Positions 41,818-52,603 of a stretch of DNA of 64,000 nt are shown one piece after another. The DNA comes from an uncultured delta proteobacterium (GTDB lineage: Bacteria; Myxococcota; Kuafuiibacteriia; Kuafuiibacteriales; Kuafuiibacteriaceae), in contig CAWDML010000001.1 of NCBI GenBank assembly GCA_963803435.1, positions 3,136,001 to 3,200,000 on the forward strand. Reading direction: 5' to 3'. Both the position numbers and the translations under genes were made by a program. The notes under the pieces are model-generated. The model had not been told where the DNA came from. It worked only from the letters and a program-made list of their open reading frames with translations, and searched no databases. How positions within the stretch are numbered: the stretch's first letter is position 1; every line of letters starts with the position of its first letter.

Positions 41818-42368
41818 GGCCGCGGGAGCATACGGGCCCGACCGGGCCGAGTCGACCCCTCGGTCTCTCCGTCGAGATCGATCCCCGCTTCGGCCGCCAC
41901 CCGGGCGATCTCTCGGTGCAGCTCGATCAGGATCCGGTGGTCGTCCTTGCTCTTCGACAGCTTCTCGAGGTCGGTTTTGGAGAGCGTGCGGAGAGCTTGC
42001 GTGAGCGCCTTCATCTTCGTCCTCATGGCCCCCAGGCCGGTGCGGAGGCTCCAGGCCTTCTCGTGGGCGTAGTACAGGATCATCTTGTTGAAGATCTCGA
42101 TGCCCGCGATGCTGAGACCCGCCAGCGGCTCGCCGGTGACGACCCAGCCGATCAGCGCGGTGTCCGTCGAGGCGGTGACGCGCCAGGTGAGCGTCTTGTG
42201 CAGCGCTTGATCGGAGGCGAGCCGCACGGCCGCGTTCCGGATCCCCGCCCAACCGTCCCGGAACCACTCCGGCAGCCGGCGCGTCTGCTGCGCCTCGACC
42301 GCTGCCGGGGCCGCGTCACCGCCGCGGATGACGGCAAACCCCCGGCGTCTTTGGGCGTGCGACACCAC
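41814..42368 (-). CDS. DUF2061-like small membrane protein (start uncertain)
   Basis: KTLTWRVTASTDT...TG...SIAGIE...KMILYYAHEKAW. Confidence 0.75.
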   Translation of the reverse strand: MVSHAQRRRGFAVIRGGDAAPAAVEAQQTRRLPEWFRDGWAGIRNAAVRLASDQALHKTLTWRVTASTDTALIGWVVTGEPLAGLSIAGIEIFNKMILYYAHEKAWSLRTGLGAMRTKMKALTQALRTLSKTDLEKLSKSKDDHRILIELHREIARVAAEAGIDLDGETEGSTRPGRARMLPRP

Positions 42369-42489
42369 AACCGAGAGGAGTTATCGACGTCCCCCCCCGC
42401 GAGTTTCCCGCAACCAGTGGGAAACTTTTGGACCTCGTTCCCACACGCGCAGAGCACATCCTGACCTCGGTCATGCTTGGGGACCCTCG

Positions 42490-43335
42490 CTAATCGCGGG
42501 CGAGGACCACGTTGTCGATCAATCGCGTCGCCCCCACCCGCACGGCGGTCAGGATCACCGCAGGATCGTCGGCGCGGGTGAGGGGCTCCAGATCGGTGAA
42601 GCGGCGCACCTCCAGGTATTCGGGCGACAGGCCCGCCGTGGTGAGGCGGTCTCGGACCGCACGGGTGAGCGCGGCGGCGGCGCGCTCGCCGGCGCGATAG
42701 GCAGCGTGCGCGGCGAAGAGGCCGGCGCTGATCGCGAGCGCCTGCGTCCGCTCCGCCGGGGAGAGGAGCGCGTTCCGGGAGGACATCGCCAGGCCGTCGG
42801 GCTCCCGCATCAAGGGCGCGCCGACGATCTCGACGTCGAGATCCAGGTCGCGCACGAGCGCGCGGATCACCGCGAGCTGCTGGAAGTCCTTCTCACCGAA
42901 CACGGCGACGTCGGGGCGGACGATCGAGAGCAGCTTGGTCACGACGGTGGCGACGCCCTCGAAGTGGCCGGGCCGATGCGCACCGCACAGGCCTTGCGAC
43001 GCCGCGGTGACCTCGACGCGCGTCTGGAACCCGGGCGGATAGACAACGTCGGGCGGGGGCGCGAAGAGGACGCCGACACCGGCGTCCTCCAGCTTCTTCG
43101 CGTCGCCCTCGAGATCGCGCGGGTAGCGCGCCAGGTCCTCGCCGGGGCCGAACTGCTTCGGGTTCACGAAGACGGAGGCGGCGATCACCTCCGCGTGCTG
43201 CTTCGCGAGCTCCACCAGCGACAGATGCCCCGCGTGGAGCGCGCCCATCGTGGGGACCAGCCCGATCCGAAGCCCGTGCTTCTGGAGCGGGCGCAAGGCG
43301 GCTTTCACCTCCGCGATCGAGCCGAGCCGCTTCAC
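42490..43335 (-). CDS. panC: Pantoate--beta-alanine ligase
   Basis: GLVPTMGALHAGHLSL, SVFVNPKQF, RPGHFEGV, FGEKDFQQL, REPDGLAMSSRN, RLIDN. Confidence 0.97.
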   Translation of the reverse strand: MKRLGSIAEVKAALRPLQKHGLRIGLVPTMGALHAGHLSLVELAKQHAEVIAASVFVNPKQFGPGEDLARYPRDLEGDAKKLEDAGVGVLFAPPPDVVYPPGFQTRVEVTAASQGLCGAHRPGHFEGVATVVTKLLSIVRPDVAVFGEKDFQQLAVIRALVRDLDLDVEIVGAPLMREPDGLAMSSRNALLSPAERTQALAISAGLFAAHAAYRAGERAAAALTRAVRDRLTTAGLSPEYLEVRRFTDLEPLTRADDPAVILTAVRVGATRLIDNVVLARD

Positions 43336-43340
43336 ACCGT

Positions 43341-44243
43341 CTACACCGGAACGCCGTAGAGGCCGGCCAGGCCGTCGTCGTCGTCGAGCTCGGAGCCGCC
43401 GACCACCTCGAGCGGACCGAAGAGCTGCTCCTTGGTATGGAACGTGTGCGCCTCCGATGGGAACACGCCCTCCTCGATCTCGGCTTTGAACCGGGCGATC
43501 GCGTCGGGAATCTGAGTGCCCAGGTCGGCGTACTTCTTCACGAACTTGGGCGCGAAGTCGGGATCCATCCCGAGGAGGTCGTAGATCACCAGGACCTGCC
43601 CGTCGCACTGCGCGCCGGCGCCGATCCCGATCGTCGGGATCGACAGCGAGTCGGTGATGACGCGGGCCAGCTCGACCGGGATGCCCTCGAGCACGATCGC
43701 GTAGCAGCCAGCCTGCTCGAGCGCCTGGGCGTCGCGAAGGATCCGCCGCGCACCGGCCGCGTCCTTGCCCTGCACCTTGAAGCCGCCCATCGCGTGGACC
43801 GACTGGGGCGTGAGACCGACGTGACCCATCACCGGGATCCCGGCGCGCGTGATCTTGTAGATCAGGTCCGCGTACTCCTCGCCGCCCTCGAGCTTCACGC
43901 TCTCGGCATTGCCTTCCTTCACCAGCCGTCCCGCGTTCTCGAGCCCGCGGGCGACGTCGGCCTGGTAGCTCATGAACGGCATGTCGGCGACGACGTGCGC
44001 GTGGGAGGCGGCGCGGCGCACCGCGCGCGTGTGATAGATGATGTCTTCGAGCGTGACCGCCAGCGTGTTGTCTCCGCCCTGGATGACCATCCCGAGCGAG
44101 TCGCCCACGAGCAGCGCGTCGGCGCCGGCGCGATCGGCCAGGCGCGCGAACGTCGCGTCATAGGCGGTGACCATGCAGATGCGCCGTCCCTCCTCCTTCA
44201 TCTGGAGGAGAGCGGTCGCCGTGACCTTCTTGTCTTTCTTCAT
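43341..44243 (-). CDS. panB: 3-methyl-2-oxobutanoate hydroxymethyltransferase
   Basis: [44 protein letters not shown]...DGQVLV. Confidence 0.97.
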   Translation of the reverse strand: MKKDKKVTATALLQMKEEGRRICMVTAYDATFARLADRAGADALLVGDSLGMVIQGGDNTLAVTLEDIIYHTRAVRRAASHAHVVADMPFMSYQADVARGLENAGRLVKEGNAESVKLEGGEEYADLIYKITRAGIPVMGHVGLTPQSVHAMGGFKVQGKDAAGARRILRDAQALEQAGCYAIVLEGIPVELARVITDSLSIPTIGIGAGAQCDGQVLVIYDLLGMDPDFAPKFVKKYADLGTQIPDAIARFKAEIEEGVFPSEAHTFHTKEQLFGPLEVVGGSELDDDDGLAGLYGVPV

Positions 44244-44292
44244 CTCCGACCTCACGGGTCAGCGCCCTCTCGGGTCGCCGCCTCGCCCTCAG

Positions 44293-44317
44293 TCGCCGGT
44301 CCGGAGACCGGACGGGG
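44293..44317 (-). promoter_or_regulatory. Candidate pan RNA motif hairpin in the panB leader
   Basis: Minus strand CCCCGUCCGGUC-UCCG-GACCGGCG hairpin about 50 nt before panB; the pan motif is known upstream of pantothenate genes in deltaproteobacteria. Confidence 0.4.
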
Positions 44318-44382
44318 TTTCGTTCCGTACTTCTTCTCGCCTCCACGACAGGTCGCCGCCCCGGAGGGTCGGCGCGCGCGCT

Positions 44383-45045
44383 TCAGCGCCTCGAATACGG
44401 GTTATAGTGTTGCACACCTTTCCGCATTCGACGAACGGCCGAGATGACGTCCTCGAGATGGGATTCCCTCTCCACGATGTCGATCTCGGACGTGTTCACG
44501 ACCAGAAGCGGCGTCTCGTCGTAGCGAAAGAAGTAGTCGTTGTAGGCCTTTGAGACCCGCTCCAGGTAGTCGAGCGTGATCGGGCGCTCCCAGTCCCGGT
44601 TACGGCTGCGGATCCGCTCGAGCAGCACCTGCGGGCGGGCCTGCAGGTAAACGCAGAGGTCCGGCCGGGGGACGCGGGGATCGAGGAGCCCGTAGATGCG
44701 GTCGTAGAGCGCGAGCTCGGCCGGGTTGAGCGTGAGGTAGGCGAAGATCCGATCCTTCGCGAAGACGTAGTCGCAGACGGTGTTGCGCTGGAACAGCTCC
44801 TCCTGCCGCAGCTCCTGCTGCTGCTGATAGCGGGAGAGGAGAAAGAACATCTGCGTCTGAAAGGCCGTGCGCTGGGGCTCGAAGTAGAACTCGCGCACGA
44901 AGGGGTTCGACTCGACCTCCTCCAGGACCAGGCGCGCGTTCACCCGCTTCGCCAGCTGCCGCGCCAGCGTGGTCTTGCCGACACCGACCGGGCCCTCGAC
45001 GGCGATCAGTCTGGGCTCATCCCCGCGCTGGCGCTTCTTCCCCAT
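44383..45045 (-). CDS. Deoxynucleoside kinase
   Basis: IAVEGPVGVGKTTL P-loop; NPF..FY, FQTQMFFLLSRY, PDLCVYLQA. Confidence 0.93.
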   Translation of the reverse strand: MGKKRQRGDEPRLIAVEGPVGVGKTTLARQLAKRVNARLVLEEVESNPFVREFYFEPQRTAFQTQMFFLLSRYQQQQELRQEELFQRNTVCDYVFAKDRIFAYLTLNPAELALYDRIYGLLDPRVPRPDLCVYLQARPQVLLERIRSRNRDWERPITLDYLERVSKAYNDYFFRYDETPLLVVNTSEIDIVERESHLEDVISAVRRMRKGVQHYNPYSRR

Positions 45046-45111
45046 GGCGGCCCGAAGGCGGCGGAAGACTAGAGAGTGATCGACCGTCTGCGCAAGTCTT
45101 TGGACGTCCGA

Positions 45112-45450
45112 TCAGGGGCGGCGCACGAAGACCGCCCTCAAGCTGCGCCTGGCGAGCTCGCCCGTGATCAGAAAATCGATCGTCTCCGGCTTCCACGGCG
45201 GGTAGGCGCGCGCCACCAACACGTAGTGCGACCCGTCGGGCGCCGTCCCGCCCCCCGTGATGGGCGCCTGCTGCTGCGTGAAGAGCTCGGTGAGGATCCG
45301 GTGGTACTCGGGTGCGAGTACCTCGACCTCGCCTCGCGTGCCGTCGGTGAAGACGCGGCCCACGATCCGCTCCCCGCCGTGCGTTCGCTCGGCAAAGTCG
45401 TCGTGGATCTCGAGCACGGTCGGCCAGGCGGTTCCCATCTTCTTCATCAT
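45112..45450 (-). CDS. Small hypothetical protein, candidate immunity protein
   Basis: 112 aa ORF with a GAGAGGAGA Shine-Dalgarno, starting about 20 bp after the stop of the large metallopeptidase-domain gene. Confidence 0.6.
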   Translation of the reverse strand: MMKKMGTAWPTVLEIHDDFAERTHGGERIVGRVFTDGTRGEVEVLAPEYHRILTELFTQQQAPITGGGTAPDGSHYVLVARAYPPWKPETIDFLITGELARRSLRAVFVRRP

Positions 45451-45471
45451 CGTTCTCCTCTCGTGCTTTCT

Positions 45472-48400
45472 CTAGGACGGTCCGCCCGGGGTGATCTCAG
45501 GCGGTACGTTGATGGCCGCGGGATCCTGGTGGAAGAAGAGCTTCACCAGCCAGCGCAGCTTTTCGTCCGGGATCTGGGGGTTGCTCTTCAGGTAGCCGGC
45601 CCAGTCGCTGAGGATCTGATCGATGTCCCGCATCATCACGACAGCGCCCTCGCAGAAGTTCTCCTCGGGGCTGGTGGCTCCGAAGTCCGTGAAGTAGCCG
45701 CTACCATGGTCGAGGAACGGGTTCACGTCGGCGTGATCCAGGTTCTCGAGGCGCCACACGTGATGGAAGACCTCGTGGATCATGGTGTCGGCTCCGCCGA
45801 TGTCCCGGTCGAGCGCGATGGCGTGGGAGGAGGGGGTGTACAGCCCGGCCACGTCGCCGGTGATCACTCCGTTCGCGTCCTGGGCGTAACCGATCCCTGG
45901 GACGATCTGGACCTCGGGGATGTCGGCCAGGACGCTCGGGTCGACCGCCGCGATCCGGCGGAGCGCGCCCTCGATCTCTGCGAAGCGATCGCTCGAGATC
46001 ATGTCCGTCCCGTAGATCGGAACACCGGCGACGTACGGGTGCTCGCTCGTGATCCAGCGGTTGAGGCTCTCGATCTCCGGGCGCGTCTCGTTGAAGGAGA
46101 TCCCTCGCTTCTCGTAGTAGACGTAGTTGTCGTCCGGGGTCAGGTAACCGCGGAGCGGCGTGAAGTCCCAGCTGCGGCCGGCAGCGGCCCGCTCGCTCGC
46201 GGTCTCCCGGACCAGCGTGCGCGCCTGGCTGGAGCTGGTGTCGAGGAGCTCGGTGCCGCCGTACGAGTTGCGGACGACGGTGACCGGGCCCAGCACCAGC
46301 ACGTCGTCGACGCTCCCGTCCGGGCGCGCGAGCGACGAGGTGATCCGGGCGCCGGGGAGCGTCTCGAGCCCGCGGCCTTGGGACCGCTCCACCGCGCCCG
46401 CCATGGTGCCGAGGCGCGCGCCGAGGTCGGGCCGCTGGGCCAGCTCGAACGCCATGCGCGGATCGTGATCGCCCAGGACGCGGAACAGCTCCGAGCCGTG
46501 CGTGCCCTGTGCGTCGGCCTTCGCGGCCGCGGACAGCAGCGCCGGGATCGAGGTGGCCGCGTCGGCGCGGGTGATCGCCGCCTCGACCAGCGGCGTGCTC
46601 CCGAGCCCGCGGAGGCGGATCAGACTGTCGAGACCATCGCCGGCGAAGAGCGCGCGGGCGGCCGACGGCTGGGCCGCCGACATGCGCGAGGCCAGGTCCA
46701 GGATCGCGCGCGAGTCGTCGTCGGTGCCCAGGCCGAGCACCTGTCCCAGCACGCGCTCCGCCGACGGGCTGTCGAGCCCGCTCATCACGCGGGCGAAGTC
46801 GCCGCGGGCGCTCGCGCCTTCGAGCACCCGGTTGAGCTTCAGGATCTGCGCGTCGCTCATGGATCCGAGCGCGCCGATGATCCGGCTGGCGGTCGGACCG
46901 TCCGTGGCGACCAGCGTGTTTCTGAGCTTCGCGATCTCGCCCAGGTCGTCGAAGTATTGCAGCCGATCTTGGAGCTTGCTGGCGGAGAGTCCGTCGACGC
47001 CGAGGCCGGCGAGCTCCTCTCCCACCTGCGCCAGCACCTTGCTCTTGACCGCCGCGGTGTACACGCGCGGGAGCGCCGTGAGCGCCCCCAGATCGGCCGC
47101 GGAGAGCGCACCGGTGAGGATCGCGCCCGCCCAGTCGCCGGCGGTCGGCATGGTCTTGCCGTTGACGCTCGAGTAGCCGGGCACGTTCAGGGACGCGGCG
47201 TACGTGCGATCGATCAGATCCGAGACCTGGAGCCCGGCCAGCCCAATCCCACTGACTGCGGCCGCCCCGGCGACATAGGCGACCCAGGCGGCGCCGCCGG
47301 TGAACACTCCGCCGACCGCCGCCACCAGGCCGAGCGCCGCGCCGGCACCGCCGAGCGCGTCCATGCCGATGTCCTTGAGCTTCTGCTTCCTGGCCGCGTC
47401 CTCGAGGTAGCCCTGGGCGGCCGCGAGCGCAGCCGGATAGGGCGCGCCCTCGGGCGTGCCGGCGACGAAGTTGGTGTCGAGCTGGATCAACCTGGGGATC
47501 TGCGCGGCGATCACGCCGAGGTTCTCGAACGACGGGACCTTGCCGATCTTGGTGAGCGCGCCGTCGAGATCGGCGATCGACTGCTTCAGCGCGCTGAGGT
47601 ACGGCGCCGATCCGTCCGTGGACAGCGTCCCCGAGAGACGCGCGCCGTAGGACGCGGCAACACTCGGATCCATCTGGACGTCGAAGCCGGCACCGCTCGG
47701 ATCGTAGGTGAGCTGGAACTCGTCGTAGTGCGGGAGCAGCTGGGCGAAGCTCGACTTCGGTCCCAGGAGCGCGATGAGCTCCGGGTGCTCCTGGGAGAGC
47801 TCGGCGAAGCGCGCGGAGGCGGCGGTCTTCGCGCCCGCGTAGCTCCCGCCGTCGACGCCGGCGCGATCGAAGTAGTCCACCAGATCGGCCAGCGTGTTCC
47901 CGGCCGTGTCCTCGCCGATCCCGCGCAGCGCTGCGGTCACCCTGGATCGGTCCTCCGGCGACAACGACAGGATCTGCTCTGGGCTCATGTTCGCGATGTC
48001 GAGCCGGGACAGATCGACCCCGGGGTTCTGGCGCTCCAGGACCTCCCGGTACTGCGGGCCGATCGTCGACCACAGCCCGCCGTCGAGCTCGCGCATCGCG
48101 TACTCGAGGTTGTCGCAGTTCTTGAGGTAGTCCTGGATCGCGTAGCCCTCGAGCCCGGTGTTGCGGGTGAAGTCATCGAGGAAGCCAGGGACGGAGAGCA
48201 GCGCGTCGGCGCCGGCGAGATCGGTGCGAAGATCGAGGTACGCGTGCGCGGCCACCTTGGCGACCAGCGCATCGAACGCCTCCTTGCTGGGGTTCGCGAG
48301 GAAGTTGTCGTATTCGGTGGGCGCGATCCGATCGATCCGGCCGTAGTCGAGGCTGCCCCCGTCGCCCGAGTCTGCGAAGCGGAGCGTGGCCAGCTCCGGG

Positions 48401-48960
48401 ACTCCGATCCTCTCACCCAGCGCGTCGGCGGCCCGGCGCCGCTCCTCCGAGCCCGCCGGTCGCTCGAAGATCCGCTCGAGCTCTTCGTGGCTGACGGTCG
48501 CGACCTCCGTGTACTTTCCGGGCTCCTGCTCGGCGAGCCAGGCCTGGGCCGAGGACGCGGCGATCGCGTGACCGACGCCGTCCTCGTCCCGGAACAAGGT
48601 GACGTCGTCGCCCGACGCGTAGGCGACCTCTAGACACGACGTGCTCCCGTCTCCAATCGTCTCGTCGACCAGCGTCGAGACACTGCCGTCGGGCGCGGCG
48701 ACCTCCTTCGCGACGGGCCCCTTGGTGCGCTTGATGACGATCGCGCCGTCGTCGGTCACCGTGTACGGCCGGGCCTCTCTCACCGGCGGCGGCGCGAGCG
48801 ACGGCGCGGTCGCGGCCCCACCCTGGACGCGATCGAATCGATCCTCGTCCGCGTCGTCCGGCGCCGATGGCGGTGCGTCGGGACCATCCGGCGCCTCGAC
48901 CGGGCCGGGCTCCGGCGCGGTGACTTTGGGGGTCGCGGTCTCGATCCGGACGTCGGTCAT
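45472..48960 (-). CDS. 1162-aa protein with central Gly/Ala-rich hydrophobic hairpin and C-terminal HExxH metallopeptidase domain (toxin/effector-like)
   Basis: No Sec signal; Pro/Asp-rich N-terminus; GAALGLVAAVGGVFTGGAAWVAYVAGAAAVSGIGLAGL; TMIHEVFHHVW...ATSPEENFCE. Confidence 0.7.
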   Translation of the reverse strand: MTDVRIETATPKVTAPEPGPVEAPDGPDAPPSAPDDADEDRFDRVQGGAATAPSLAPPPVREARPYTVTDDGAIVIKRTKGPVAKEVAAPDGSVSTLVDETIGDGSTSCLEVAYASGDDVTLFRDEDGVGHAIAASSAQAWLAEQEPGKYTEVATVSHEELERIFERPAGSEERRRAADALGERIGVPELATLRFADSGDGGSLDYGRIDRIAPTEYDNFLANPSKEAFDALVAKVAAHAYLDLRTDLAGADALLSVPGFLDDFTRNTGLEGYAIQDYLKNCDNLEYAMRELDGGLWSTIGPQYREVLERQNPGVDLSRLDIANMSPEQILSLSPEDRSRVTAALRGIGEDTAGNTLADLVDYFDRAGVDGGSYAGAKTAASARFAELSQEHPELIALLGPKSSFAQLLPHYDEFQLTYDPSGAGFDVQMDPSVAASYGARLSGTLSTDGSAPYLSALKQSIADLDGALTKIGKVPSFENLGVIAAQIPRLIQLDTNFVAGTPEGAPYPAALAAAQGYLEDAARKQKLKDIGMDALGGAGAALGLVAAVGGVFTGGAAWVAYVAGAAAVSGIGLAGLQVSDLIDRTYAASLNVPGYSSVNGKTMPTAGDWAGAILTGALSAADLGALTALPRVYTAAVKSKVLAQVGEELAGLGVDGLSASKLQDRLQYFDDLGEIAKLRNTLVATDGPTASRIIGALGSMSDAQILKLNRVLEGASARGDFARVMSGLDSPSAERVLGQVLGLGTDDDSRAILDLASRMSAAQPSAARALFAGDGLDSLIRLRGLGSTPLVEAAITRADAATSIPALLSAAAKADAQGTHGSELFRVLGDHDPRMAFELAQRPDLGARLGTMAGAVERSQGRGLETLPGARITSSLARPDGSVDDVLVLGPVTVVRNSYGGTELLDTSSSQARTLVRETASERAAAGRSWDFTPLRGYLTPDDNYVYYEKRGISFNETRPEIESLNRWITSEHPYVAGVPIYGTDMISSDRFAEIEGALRRIAAVDPSVLADIPEVQIVPGIGYAQDANGVITGDVAGLYTPSSHAIALDRDIGGADTMIHEVFHHVWRLENLDHADVNPFLDHGSGYFTDFGATSPEENFCEGAVVMMRDIDQILSDWAGYLKSNPQIPDEKLRWLVKLFFHQDPAAINVPPEITPGGPS

Positions 48961-49120
48961 TGTCGCCCCGCCGAGAGCAATCCGAGGACCAACGGCCGAT
49001 CATCTCTGAACCGGCCCCGAGCGCGAGGTCGACTTGGCGGCACCGCCACGCCGACTGGGCGACGAGATCGCGCTCGACGCGGTCGCCGTGATGTGGTCGA
49101 ACCTCGAGAGGAGGTGCGCC

Positions 49121-49744
49121 ATGCCGCGACCGGAGTGGGAGGAGATCTACCAGCAGGGCGAGCTGCCCTGGGATACGGGCCGGCCGGATCCCTATCTGGT
49201 CGACCTCGTGAAGACGCACCCCATCGCGCCGTGTCGAGCATTCGAGGTCGGCTGCGGCACCGGCACCAACGCCCGGTGGCTGGCCGAACGTGGCTTCGAC
49301 GTCCTCGGTGTCGACCTGGCGCCCACGGCGATCGAGACGGCCCGGGCGCGGACGGCCGCCGGCCTCACCTGTCGCTTCGAGGTCCTCGACTTTCTCGGGG
49401 ACGCGACCCCGAGCGGACCTTTCGACTTCGCGTTCGACCGCGGCTGCTTTCACGTCTTCGACGGCGCCGAGAAGCAGGCGCAGTTCGCCGCCCGCATCGC
49501 GGCGTTGCTCGCGCCCGACGGCGTCTGGCTCAGCCTCATCGGCAGCACCGAGGGCGCCCCCCGCGACCGCGGCCCGCCGCGCCGCAGCGCCCGCGAGATC
49601 ATGACGGCGATCGAGCCTTCGCTCCGCATCGTCGAGCTGCGGGCGATCGAGTTCCGCGACGTCGAGCTCGCCGCTGACGCCTGGCTGTGCCTCTCGCGCC
49701 GACGGAGCGAGCCCGCGCAGCCGTCGAGCCGGCGCGAGGATTAG
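49121..49744 (+). CDS. Class I SAM-dependent methyltransferase (TPMT-like)
   Basis: WEEIYQQGELPWDTG...EVGCGTGTNA.WLA..GFDVLGVD...FDFAFDRGCFH. Confidence 0.9.
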   Translation: MPRPEWEEIYQQGELPWDTGRPDPYLVDLVKTHPIAPCRAFEVGCGTGTNARWLAERGFDVLGVDLAPTAIETARARTAAGLTCRFEVLDFLGDATPSGPFDFAFDRGCFHVFDGAEKQAQFAARIAALLAPDGVWLSLIGSTEGAPRDRGPPRRSAREIMTAIEPSLRIVELRAIEFRDVELAADAWLCLSRRRSEPAQPSSRRED

Positions 49745-50400
49745 CCAGGCAGAGGTGCTCCGGCCGTCGTGGACCGCGGGAGCCCCGTAGGACGACGCCG
49801 TCGAGCGTCTGCTCCACCCGCCACTTGTCGTGCACGTTCGCGCCTGAGATCTCGACCGCCAACGGAACACCACGACCATCCGTGAGCACGTGACGCTTCA
49901 CGCCTCGCTTGGCTCGATCCGTCGGGTTCGGACCGGTCAGGTCCCCCCTTTTGGAGCCTTGACGATCGCGCTGTCGAGTGAAGTCCACTTCCACTGTATG
50001 CCGCGCCTCCTGTCGTAGTACCGCAGCAGCTCAGCGAAGATCGCGGTGAAGATCCCTGCTGCGCACCATGCCGCGAATCGACTGTGGCACGTCGAACCGG
50101 AGCTGAACTCGCGCGGCAGGGCCTTCCACTGGCACCCTGTCCGAAGGCGATAGACGACACCTGCCATCACGACGCGATCCGCAACCCGCGGGCGACCTCC
50201 CCGCGGCCTTGGACCTCGCTTCGGGAGTCACGGCTCAATGCGTTTCCACAGGGCGTCCGGAAGACTTGCGAATCTTGCCTGCATCGACTCTGCAGAACAC
50301 TCGATCGAGCACGATGCAACAACGGCCGCTTTGAATAGCGAATGAGCAGAACGAGCGAAACAGGAAACGCGGAACGGTCCGGAGGTTTTCGGACCGGCTC
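49745..50400 (-). mobile_element. Truncated IS5-family element; transposase pseudogene
   Basis: End sequence (CTAA)GAGCCGGTCCGAAAAC at 50400; orfA from ATG 50284 LPDALWKRIEP*LP...LRTGCQWKALP (internal TGA), frameshift at AAAAGGGGG near 49945, orfB GPNPTDRAKRGVKRHVLTDGRGVPL...GANVHD ending at RPEHLCL. Confidence 0.88.
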
Positions 50401-50578
50401 TTAGATCAGGACGGTCCTCAATCCGTTCCGCTCGCTATTCCGCGTTGCACGTGTTCTGGCACTCGCTGCCCCTCCGCAGCGCATGAGAGGCGATGACATC
50501 GCGGATCGGGTTGCGAAGCGCGTTCTTCGGCTGCGTCGAGTCAATCGATCGTGGCGAGTACGAGTCGCGCGGACGAAG

Positions 50579-51196
50579 TCACGGTCCGCGAAGGACCACG
50601 TCCGAGGAGCCGCCGTAGGGATCGCGCTCGCCGGAGAGGGCGAAGCCGAGCGCGATCCCGCCGCCGACGAGGGCAGCGACGCCCGCGGCGATCCCGCCCC
50701 AGAAATACGGCGACGCGAGCAGGCCGCCGTCTTCGACCGGCGCCGGCGGCGGGGGCGGCGTCTCGACCGCCTGCATCGGAGGCGGCGGAGGCGAAGGCGA
50801 AGGCGGAGGCGCGACCGGTGGGGGCGGTTCGATCGTCGGCGTCTCCGGGGGCGGCGGTGACGCGGCGCGCGCTTGCTCCGCCTGGAGATCCAGGATGAGC
50901 GGAGATCGTCTCCTTGATGGCGTCGGTGTCGGCGGGGTTGGTGGCCAGGTACTCGCGGAAGTGGACCAGGGCGTCGTCGTACCGCTTGACGGCCCGCTCG
51001 CACTGGGCCAGCGCGCGGATCGTGGACGGCCGCTTCCTCGACAGCTGGTAGGCGCGCTGGAGGTGCGGGAGCGCCGCCTCGTACTCCTGCGCCTTGAAGT
51101 AGCGCATCCCTTTGTCGAACTCGCGGCGGCCGTTCTGCTGGGCGAAGGCCGGTGAGGCGGCCATGAGGGCGAGCGTCGCGACCAAGCCGATGCGGC

Positions 51197-51203
<7 letters not shown>
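50579..51203 (-). CDS. Secreted TPR protein with Pro-rich linker and C-terminal TM (frameshift near 50895)
   Basis: Signal ...PAFA|QQNG; F.KG..YF...YE.AL...AY TPR; C-terminal SPYFWGGIAAGVAALVGGGIALGF in another frame. Confidence 0.75.
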
Positions 51204-52510
<1,307 letters not shown>

Positions 52511-52603
52511 GCCCCCATTCGCAGGCTGGCCGGGGCCCGCGCGTTTGTAAAGAGGCCTTTCCGACCGACCCACGAGATGCGATGGTCGTGGGCCGGCTGC
52601 CCG

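Noticed and set aside
41325-42490. tmRNA (ssrA) near smpB
   Set aside because: No intergenic space of sufficient size and no recognisable tRNA-like ends.
45076-48633. 1185-aa plus-strand ORF and other long antisense ORFs (e.g. 38542..42072, 56208..58667, 25446..27602)
   Set aside because: Shadow ORFs of real genes on the opposite strand in high-GC DNA; Arg/Gly-rich with no recognisable motifs.
50225-50235. Recoded TGA in IS5 orfA
   Set aside because: The element is also truncated, so a nonsense mutation in a decaying IS is the simpler explanation.
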